A DNA stretch of 64,000 nt from Eubacteriales bacterium (GTDB lineage Bacteria > Bacillota > Clostridia > Oscillospirales > CAG-272), in the NCBI GenBank assembly GCA_045660185.1, contig JAZRDI010000021.1:8870-72869 (forward strand). Reading direction: 5' to 3'. Every line of letters starts with the position of its first letter. Within the stretch, counting starts at the first letter, position 1. Under the pieces are notes generated by a model that made no database searches, was not told the DNA's origin, and saw only the letters and a program-made list of their open reading frames with translations. The position numbers and the translations under genes were made by a program. Below are positions 56,319 through 64,000 of the stretch, one piece after another.

Positions 56319-59300
56319 ATGAAAAACACAAAGAAAATTTTGATGATTTTCTGCGCAATGTCAGTTTTGTTTGCAACCGTTTTTGCGATTGCGGCTTCGG
56401 CAGTTGTAGCAGGAGAAAACACATCCATCAATGAGTATGCGTCGATGAAAATAACCGCATCTCACGGATTCGAGGATGGTAAGTCCTCGGCTATCTTTGG
56501 CGGAATTGCTAATGCCGACCAAAGCGGTAGCTCCAAAACTGCATGCGGAGGCGTTTTCGTTCAGAACAACGGCGTGCGTTTGGCGGCTGCACCGATTTAC
56601 GGCAATGACACCTCAATTAGGTATTACGCCATTAATTACGATGCGAATAAGAATGCTGCTGACCTTTACATTCAGCCCAAGCTTGGTGTTCTTGACCAGG
56701 CTGAGAAGACACCCGTTAACGGATTCGTAGCGGAGTTTGATATTGCTTTCATGTCGCCCGTTATTATTGAACAGGAGCAGCAAGTTGATGAGAACGGAGA
56801 TCTCGTTTGGGAGATAGAATCAATTGATCCCGAAGGAAATCCTATCTATTTGCTTGATGAAAACGGCGAAAAGATTCCCGTAATGGTAAACGTTATGGAG
56901 CCTCTCCTTACCGATAAAATCAAGGTTGACTATGATGGCAACATTGTATATAAAGTTAAGGAATATGTTCAAGACACTAATGAGGATGGTTCTCTCAAAT
57001 GGGAAGAGGACGAAACCGGCGGTCTTCAGGCTGTTATGATTCCTATCTATGAGCAGGCTATTGATGCAGAGGGTAATCCTCTTTGGGAAGTAGATGAAAA
57101 CGGTGATTTTAAATACGACGAAAAGGGAGAAAAAATCCCTGTTCGTATTCCCGAATATCAGGAAGTTATTGATGAAAACGGCGAAGTTGTTATGGTAGAG
57201 AAGGTCAAGGTTCAGGAGTGGACAGGACTTTCCACATCTTTCGGTATAGGTATGTACAATACTCATACGTATAAAGAGGGTAAGGTTGATCTTCTTAACT
57301 TGGTAACAAATTCAGATACGAAGACTGTAAAGCTTGACAAAATTTCCGGTAATCTCCTTACGGATCCTCCCACAGTTTCCTTTGGAGCAGACGAGTGGTG
57401 CCACTTCACTATTCAGTTCGATGCTAAATCTCTTGATACATACGTTTACGTAGGAAGAGATGACAGCGAATTCGATTTGGATGAGGACGGTGTGACCGAC
57501 GTTTACGGAAGACTTCTCGTTGCAAAGAAAAAGTGTAACTACACAGTTGAGTCCGGTGACATTGTTGATGTTTATCCTCTTCAGTTGCGTCTTGGATGCA
57601 AGTCCACAATGGGCGTAGTTGCTTTTGATAACTTTATCGGATATCAGGGTACTACTATTCATGACCCCACACTTCTTAACAACAAGCTTCCTTATGAGAA
57701 GTATCTCTACCTTGCAGACATTCTCGCTGACGATACTCAGTATCAGACCGTCAAGGATGCGGAAGGTAACGTTGTATATCAGGTTGTTACCGATGAGAAC
57801 GGTGAGACTGTTTGGGAAGTAGATGAAAATGGCGAATATAAGCTTGATGACGAAGGAAACAAGATTCCCGTTTACGTTCTTGATACCTTTGGTGAGAAGG
57901 TTCCCGAGTTCGTTCTCGACGCGAAAGGAAATAAAATAGTAGAAGTTAACGGTGCAAAGTTCGTTGACAGATACCATTCCTTCAACCTTCTTGCTACCGA
58001 CGAGGAGTTAAGAAAGGTTTATACCAAGGAAAACTTCGGCGGAGAGCCTGACGTTGATGAAATGGAAGCTCTTGAGCGCGCATTCCAGCTCTATGAGGCT
58101 TACGCAAACGATAAGAAAAATAATACCGGAAGCACAGCAAGCTTCTATAGCCATTACTATGAAATGGTTCAGAATGCAAAGCTTGAAAACGCCGCAAACT
58201 ATCTTTCTTATGCAGAAGAAGTTCTCAACACGAAGAGAGAGCTTTCGAATTACTCCGACAGATATGATAAGATACTTAAAGCCGAAGAGTTCTACAACTC
58301 GGTAGGTAGCCTTATCGAAAGAGATTCTAACGGTGATTACGGTAAAGCAACCGAGATTCTTAAGCAGATGTCCGTTATCGTAGCAGGCGACGAGGCTGCT
58401 TACAACTTCGTAAATGCGATGAATATATTCAACAATAGCGTTGCATACGGAGCTACCGCATCCAGAATTAAGCTTCACTACGATAATGCAAGCTATTATT
58501 ATCCCAACATCTGCACAGATTACGCAGATCCCGATACTACTCTTGATTCGATCAGCGCGGAAAATCTTATCGCGGCTGTTTCATCATATCTTGCCTCCTC
58601 CGATATAGTTAGTAACAATATTAAAGAGTATAATTCCGCTCGATTCGTTGGTATCGTTGGTATGATGCAGAAAAAGTCATCCGGAGCTTGGGCTCAGGAC
58701 GGAGCGGAAGTTGAAGCGCTTTGGCTTCGTGCGCTCGATATTATTTTGGATGGTAACTACGATGATTCTAACGATGATTTCGCAGTTGCAAAGATAATGT
58801 TCGATTCCGCTCATAAGTACTTCTGGACCAAGATGCAGAAGAATCACCTTCAGGTTATTAGCGACAAGCTTGATTCTTACAATGACCCTGATATGACTTA
58901 CATCGACAAAGCGGGTGTATGTACGTACGTTGAGCGTTACATTCAGCTTAATGCAAGATACCTTGACCTTGACAGTATCGAAATCACAAGAGAGCTTGCA
59001 AGAAACGATGCTTATAAGCTTCAGCTTGACACTCTCGTAGGCGACTACAAGAAGCTTCTTGTTGAAAACGCTCCCAAGTTCATAAGCGTTATGAGGATGT
59101 CTAAACATTACAGCTCTTACGCTGATCTTAAGCCGCTTTACGATGAAGCTACTAAATATTATTACACGATGAACATCGAGGGTGACGGAATTGAAGAGTG
59201 CCTTGCTGATTACGAGGATCTCCGAGCTCTTATTACCTCAATTGAAAACGATTCCAAGGCTTACATCGACATTATTTATGGTAACGTAAAGGACGCTGAC

Positions 59301-59585
59301 GGAAACGCAATATTTAACCCTATGTCCAAGATTACCGATAAGAAGGAGCTTTATGCTTCTCTTAAGGAAGCTTACCTTTGCTTCGAGAACCTTGATATGA
59401 CCTATCCCGGTGCGAAAGAGGCTAAGGCTATCTACGATGCGAAGTACCAGGAGTATAACGGTGCTACCACTACGATTAACACAGAATTGGCAAACGGAGA
59501 AGCAGTAGTTTACGCTACCCGTGGAAACTGGTCCTTTGATACCGTTGTTATATTCGTTAAAAAACTCATTAATGTGAAGGGGTAA
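56319..59585 (+). CDS. Large secreted hypothetical protein with DENG hairpin repeats and helical C-terminal half
   Basis: Signal peptide (..AASA); many D[EA][NE]G repeats; aaggagg RBS. Confidence 0.85.
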   Translation: MKNTKKILMIFCAMSVLFATVFAIAASAVVAGENTSINEYASMKITASHGFEDGKSSAIFGGIANADQSGSSKTACGGVFVQNNGVRLAAAPIYGNDTSIRYYAINYDANKNAADLYIQPKLGVLDQAEKTPVNGFVAEFDIAFMSPVIIEQEQQVDENGDLVWEIESIDPEGNPIYLLDENGEKIPVMVNVMEPLLTDKIKVDYDGNIVYKVKEYVQDTNEDGSLKWEEDETGGLQAVMIPIYEQAIDAEGNPLWEVDENGDFKYDEKGEKIPVRIPEYQEVIDENGEVVMVEKVKVQEWTGLSTSFGIGMYNTHTYKEGKVDLLNLVTNSDTKTVKLDKISGNLLTDPPTVSFGADEWCHFTIQFDAKSLDTYVYVGRDDSEFDLDEDGVTDVYGRLLVAKKKCNYTVESGDIVDVYPLQLRLGCKSTMGVVAFDNFIGYQGTTIHDPTLLNNKLPYEKYLYLADILADDTQYQTVKDAEGNVVYQVVTDENGETVWEVDENGEYKLDDEGNKIPVYVLDTFGEKVPEFVLDAKGNKIVEVNGAKFVDRYHSFNLLATDEELRKVYTKENFGGEPDVDEMEALERAFQLYEAYANDKKNNTGSTASFYSHYYEMVQNAKLENAANYLSYAEEVLNTKRELSNYSDRYDKILKAEEFYNSVGSLIERDSNGDYGKATEILKQMSVIVAGDEAAYNFVNAMNIFNNSVAYGATASRIKLHYDNASYYYPNICTDYADPDTTLDSISAENLIAAVSSYLASSDIVSNNIKEYNSARFVGIVGMMQKKSSGAWAQDGAEVEALWLRALDIILDGNYDDSNDDFAVAKIMFDSAHKYFWTKMQKNHLQVISDKLDSYNDPDMTYIDKAGVCTYVERYIQLNARYLDLDSIEITRELARNDAYKLQLDTLVGDYKKLLVENAPKFISVMRMSKHYSSYADLKPLYDEATKYYYTMNIEGDGIEECLADYEDLRALITSIENDSKAYIDIIYGNVKDADGNAIFNPMSKITDKKELYASLKEAYLCFENLDMTYPGAKEAKAIYDAKYQEYNGATTTINTELANGEAVVYATRGNWSFDTVVIFVKKLINVKG

Positions 59586-59589
59586 TGAA

Positions 59590-62500
59590 ATGAAGAAAAG
59601 AATAAATAAGCTCATTTCTTCAATCCTTGTTTTGGCATTTCTTGTTTCGGCGTTTTCCGTGCTCACCTTTGCGAGTACGGAAAGCTCCTCCGCAGCAAGC
59701 GGTGCGAAAACAACCGGTACAGATGAAATTGAGTTAATAATCAACAGACAGTTCGATGATGGTTGGAGCTATATCAACGGTTTTAAGAGTGGTATGCTTG
59801 GAAGACATAAGTACACCATCGAATACGAGGAAGACGAGAATTATGATTACAACTACTTCTGCCGTCTTGACTCTAACGGAACAGCGACCGGATATTTGGA
59901 GCTTTCCTACGGAGATTACTCTCCTGAATATACCTACACAACCTTTGAAATTGACCTTAAAACAGATGACCTTTGTAACTTCGGTTCTCCGGTTATATAC
60001 TTTACAACGACGGATAGCGAAGACGCTGTTCATAAGATTGCTCTTGCAGGCATAACAAATAACAGCTTGGTGCTTGCTCCTATGGGAGATTTGAGTTCCT
60101 CTATTAAGCCTTCCTACACCGTAGGAGCTCTTGATAACGAGTGGGTTCACTATGCTTTCACAACTCGTGTTGACAGAAGAAAGTGCCCTGAATGCCGTAC
60201 TATTTACGATCTCGTTCCGGAGAACAAGAACACTCTTGAGTGTAACTGCACGGTAGATCCCGAAAATCCCGAAGAAACCTATCCTGTCGCCGTTGGCGAA
60301 ATGGATAGAATAATGGAAGCTCGCATATACTTCTCGTATAGTGACAGCTTCAATCCTCAAAATGCACTTAAGGCTCCCGGAAGAACCGATAAGATCGATC
60401 TTAATAATACCTATTATTATGATGTGACACTTGAAAACGTTTCAACCGTTACCTCCTTCTTTATCGGTATTCCCGCTAATAGCAAGACTGTTGGACATAG
60501 CTATTGCATTGATAACGTAAAGCTTTACAACAACGCTTCCATTCCCACCTCTATCCCCGCTCACCTCGGCTACGGCTCTAACGTTGACGTAACGATGGCA
60601 AAGACAGAGGAAATCGTTGGTTCTGAAAACGGAAAGACTACAGTTCAGTATATGAGCGAAGGTCTTATTATGAAGGTTGACTTTGATTACTGCATTGATG
60701 CAGGTGAGAGAAGAGCTATCCTTACCAACTCCGGTGCAGTATATGGCGCTCCCGTTAAGATTGACAATGAGGTTTACGTTCCTCTTCAGGCAATTCTTGA
60801 CTGGATTGGTTATCCCCTTTATCAGCATGATGACGGTCTTTCGTTTGATATTTCTACCGATAAGGGATCTACCTTCATCGCGATAGGAAGAAAAACCGCT
60901 ACGGTTAACGGCAATCTCGTAGAGCTTAACGCAGCTCCCGGCATTGCTACTGATTCCGAAACCGGTCTTAGCTACATAGTTATCTCAAAGGATGACGTTG
61001 CTAATATCTTCTCCGGTTATTACGTAACCTATGACGATATGGGTCTTATCGCAATCTCTGAGGGCGAAAATCTCTTCAATAGAGAATCCGACCTTACCCT
61101 TATGCTTGATGAAATGAAGAGCTTGCTCTTCACCAATCTCTCTGCGCAGTCCTACTATGACTTTGCAAAAGAGAATACAAACAACTTCAAGCACCCCTAC
61201 ATTTTAGTAGATCAGGAACAGTTCGATGCTCTTAAGGAAACCTACGTTAATGCGGATGACGAAGCATTGAAGGCTTACCTTGAGGAAGTAATGGCTGACG
61301 CCATTGCAATATTTGATGAGTACACTAATCCTCCTGTTGTTGAAGACACCGAGGAAGAAGGTGGAGTTGTTCCTCAACCTCCGGTTAAGAACAATATGTA
61401 TGAATACTTGTTCGATACCATTAATAATCCTTATGCAAATATCGGTAACAACGGTTACGATGGCGGTGGACGCAACCCATTCCTCGTTGACGTTACAGAG
61501 GATATGAAGCTTCTTGCTTTTGCATATCAGATTACCGGAGAAGATAAGTACGCAGTTCTTGCATACGAAATGTTCTCTTGCATCTCTCTTTGGGCTCACT
61601 GGGCTCCCGCTTACTTCCTTGACGTTTCCAAGGTTTCGGCTAACGTATCTATTGTTTACGACTGGCTTTACAACGTTTGGAGCACAATGGGTTACGACCT
61701 TAAGGAAGTAGAAGCAACTATTTACAGAAACGGTCTTCTCATTGGTTATAACTACACCAACGAAATTGGAATTAACGAAAGCCTTCTCAGTAACCAGGGT
61801 ATATATAAGATGTATAATACCGCTACTGACAGCTGGAATATCATCGGTACTTCCAATATGGCTATTACCGCTCTCGCTCTTCTTGGTACAGACTTCCTTA
61901 ACAACGGACTCGTGTATGATGCAAGCGCAACCGAAGCGGAAATGGAGAACAAGAATACTACCGAGCTTGGCTACGTAAAGGGCGCTCTTAATATTCTTAC
62001 CAATAACGTTTACAACGCAACGCAGATAGGTCTTGATATGTACGCTCCTGACGGAACGTTCGTAGAGTCCGCTACTAAATGGAGCGAAGCTACCGAGGCT
62101 TTGATGCTTCTCTCTTGGGCATTCAATTACACCTTGGGAGACGATTTCGGTCTTTCTGACACTTGGGCATTGGATAAGACGTTCTACTATGCTTATCAGG
62201 TTGAATACAAGGTTACAGACGGATACAAGTACTGGAATTATCACGATGCTACAGGAGATTATATCTCCACAAGCTTGGCATACTATGCAGCGTCGGTTCT
62301 TGGTGATATGACTATAGCTGCAATGCGTACCGAGCAGATTGGATTTAAGCCCGTAACTATTTGGGACGTTCTTGCTTACAACCCCGATTACGTTACTGCT
62401 GAATTCGAAAAAGTTGGTCCTAACTTCACTCTCGATTATACTCTCGCATCCTGCGAAGGCGTAATCAGCCGTTCCGATTGGTCCGAAAAGGCGCTTTACA

Positions 62501-63639
62501 TAGGTGTTATGGGTAATGCTAACGATGCGCCCGGCGGACAGCTTGATGCAGGTAACTTCGTATATGCTAACAAGGGCTTCACTTGGTTTGGAGATCTTGG
62601 CGCAGAAACTCATACCGTATATGGATATACCGATCTTGCATATAGATACGGATATTATAGACATACCGCAGAAGGTGCTAATACCGTTATTCTTACAACT
62701 AAGGTTAACGAGCAGGTTATGCCCTTCGGTCAAGCAACAAGCGGCGGCGGTTATATCACTGATTACTACTCTTCCGAGTACGGAATGTACACAATTATTA
62801 ACAATTCCTCGGCTTATCTCGATAAGGTTTCTTCCGCAAAGCGTGGAGTTCTCCTTACAAACGATCGTAAGACAGTTGTTATTCAGGATGAAGTAATCTT
62901 TAAGGATACAGAAGAATGCGCTTGGATTGCTCAGGCTACATACGATAGCATCAGCTTCTATGATGATAACAGAACTGCTATCCTCAGACAGAATACCGCT
63001 AATGGTTTTGTAACTGTTAGAGCTACCTTGTTGGATTCCACAGGCTTGCTTAAGTTCAGCACAAGAAACGCATACGATAACATTCTCAGCACCGTTTACA
63101 AGAAGGGTGACTCCAAGAAGGGTGGAGAAATGTACACTGACGAGCTTGACAGATCCAGTCTTAAGAGACTCGTGGTAACCCAGCCTCTTGCCTCTTCCTT
63201 CACCATTGCGGTCGTTTTGGAAGCTGTAGGAACTACTAGCGCTCCCGTTGAGTACGAGTTCAAATCTCTTGACAAATGGGGTCCTCAGATGGTAACTGAT
63301 AAGTTCGTTGCAGAGGAAGTAAATAACGACGCATTTACAACTCCCTCTATCAAGGACGTTGTTGCTTACACCAAGGAAGCAGAGGGATACATTAACAGTG
63401 GTTCTGCTTTGTATTCCACAGGTCTTAATTCCTTCTTCCGCGCTTTGGCTCGTGTATATAACTGCGAGTTCTGGCTTGGTGTTGAAGACGGTATCTACAA
63501 GGATGCCGACGCACAGAGAGCTTACAAGTTCCAGTACGTCACTTATAAAGAGCAGTACGATAAGTTCCAGACTGAAGTTAACTCTTATATCAACGATACA
63601 AAGAAGATGACGGCTCACATGTGCGGTTACGAAAAATAA
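59590..63639 (+). CDS. Large secreted protein with copper-amine-oxidase-N-like stalk and degenerate heparinase II/III-like domain
   Basis: Signal peptide; APVKIDNEVYVPL..ATVNG; HPY, WAPAYFLD..YDWLY, PDG..E, LDAGNF..W..DLG and EGANT. Confidence 0.78.
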   Translation: MKKRINKLISSILVLAFLVSAFSVLTFASTESSSAASGAKTTGTDEIELIINRQFDDGWSYINGFKSGMLGRHKYTIEYEEDENYDYNYFCRLDSNGTATGYLELSYGDYSPEYTYTTFEIDLKTDDLCNFGSPVIYFTTTDSEDAVHKIALAGITNNSLVLAPMGDLSSSIKPSYTVGALDNEWVHYAFTTRVDRRKCPECRTIYDLVPENKNTLECNCTVDPENPEETYPVAVGEMDRIMEARIYFSYSDSFNPQNALKAPGRTDKIDLNNTYYYDVTLENVSTVTSFFIGIPANSKTVGHSYCIDNVKLYNNASIPTSIPAHLGYGSNVDVTMAKTEEIVGSENGKTTVQYMSEGLIMKVDFDYCIDAGERRAILTNSGAVYGAPVKIDNEVYVPLQAILDWIGYPLYQHDDGLSFDISTDKGSTFIAIGRKTATVNGNLVELNAAPGIATDSETGLSYIVISKDDVANIFSGYYVTYDDMGLIAISEGENLFNRESDLTLMLDEMKSLLFTNLSAQSYYDFAKENTNNFKHPYILVDQEQFDALKETYVNADDEALKAYLEEVMADAIAIFDEYTNPPVVEDTEEEGGVVPQPPVKNNMYEYLFDTINNPYANIGNNGYDGGGRNPFLVDVTEDMKLLAFAYQITGEDKYAVLAYEMFSCISLWAHWAPAYFLDVSKVSANVSIVYDWLYNVWSTMGYDLKEVEATIYRNGLLIGYNYTNEIGINESLLSNQGIYKMYNTATDSWNIIGTSNMAITALALLGTDFLNNGLVYDASATEAEMENKNTTELGYVKGALNILTNNVYNATQIGLDMYAPDGTFVESATKWSEATEALMLLSWAFNYTLGDDFGLSDTWALDKTFYYAYQVEYKVTDGYKYWNYHDATGDYISTSLAYYAASVLGDMTIAAMRTEQIGFKPVTIWDVLAYNPDYVTAEFEKVGPNFTLDYTLASCEGVISRSDWSEKALYIGVMGNANDAPGGQLDAGNFVYANKGFTWFGDLGAETHTVYGYTDLAYRYGYYRHTAEGANTVILTTKVNEQVMPFGQATSGGGYITDYYSSEYGMYTIINNSSAYLDKVSSAKRGVLLTNDRKTVVIQDEVIFKDTEECAWIAQATYDSISFYDDNRTAILRQNTANGFVTVRATLLDSTGLLKFSTRNAYDNILSTVYKKGDSKKGGEMYTDELDRSSLKRLVVTQPLASSFTIAVVLEAVGTTSAPVEYEFKSLDKWGPQMVTDKFVAEEVNNDAFTTPSIKDVVAYTKEAEGYINSGSALYSTGLNSFFRALARVYNCEFWLGVEDGIYKDADAQRAYKFQYVTYKEQYDKFQTEVNSYINDTKKMTAHMCGYEK

Positions 63640-63658
63640 CTTATAACCACAAATAATT

Positions 63659-63690
63659 AACGAGGGCAGAGAAATCTGTCCTCGTTTTTT
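63659..63690 (+). terminator. Intrinsic terminator
   Basis: aacgagggcaga-gaaa-tctgtcctcgtt-tttt. Confidence 0.8.
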
Positions 63691-63792
63691 GCTCTATGGC
63701 AATGTTTCGGGTAACAACCATGTTTATAATTATAAGTTTTTGACACTAAAAGATTTAAAACGCTCAATTTATTATAATAATTATTTCTAAAG

Positions 63793-63821
63793 TTGAAATT
63801 TAATGAAATTTATGTTATAAT
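63793..63821 (+). promoter_or_regulatory. Sigma-A promoter directly upstream of repeat copy 2
   Basis: TTGAAA-17-TATAAT with extended TG. Confidence 0.65.
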
Positions 63822-63827
63822 ATTCTC

Positions 63828-63924
63828 GTTCGTGTCTGTGTGCTTGCAAGCAAGCACGAACGAGAATATTTCAAGGCATGTGCGAAAATCTTTGATTTTC
63901 GTAAGGGATGACGTTAGTCATCAC
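63828..63924 (+). repeat. Dispersed 97-bp structured repeat, copy 2
   Basis: gttcgtg..TGCTTGCAAGCA..cacgaac, gcgaaaatc-ttt-gattttcgt and gatgac-gtta-gtcatc hairpins; matches 16099-16195 (minus). Confidence 0.9.
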
Positions 63925-63977
63925 TTAATTAATTTTCATTTTCGAAAATTAATAACACATAGATTATAATATCCAAA

Positions 63978-64000
63978 GTTCGCATCTGTCTGCTTGCAAG
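63978..64000 (+). repeat. Start of a third repeat copy, cut by the window end
   Basis: gttcgcatctgtctgcttgcaag, 150 bp after copy 2, preceded by TATAAT at 63965. Confidence 0.8.

Noticed and set aside
61204-63618. 804-aa minus-strand ORF (likewise 2374-3972, 11194-12135 and other long antisense ORFs)
   Set aside because: They shadow well-supported plus-strand genes. They have no RBS or motifs and are explained by biased codon usage leaving the antisense frame open.

Overview
Chromosomal segment of a low-GC Gram-positive anaerobe. Clostridia-like is an inference from gene content, the T-box, ARG boxes and consensus sigma-A promoters. It holds about 41 real CDSs. Housekeeping genes include T-box-controlled pheST, an arginine operon (argG, argH interrupted by one TAG, an amino-acid ABC transporter, argF), a GlpA-like oxidoreductase trio, a Re-citrate synthase/GntR/aconitase/IDH operon, cls, mgtC, mntP, tcdA and comM. 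There are also four very large secreted or surface proteins. The best candidate system is at 31122-36622: an intact tyrosine recombinase, then a ~200-bp segment bounded by two perfect 18-bp inverted recombination-type sites. That segment holds a sigma-A promoter currently facing away (OFF) from a 1466-aa lipoprotein gene whose core resembles a very long beta-pore-forming stem, i.e. a putative phase-variation switch. Other notable signals: a dispersed ~97-nt structured repeat, each copy preceded by TATAAT (candidate multicopy sRNA or REP family); a 145-bp hairpin element flanked by a perfect 53-bp duplication that rebuilds a gene start; a divergent pair of apparently catalytically degenerate enzymes (adenine MTase with NPPT, SbcD-like lacking metal ligands); a degenerate heparinase-II/III-like surface protein; and an internally deleted IS3 inside a terminator loop. 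No rRNA, tRNA or CRISPR array was seen. All family assignments are by motif recognition, with no database searches.
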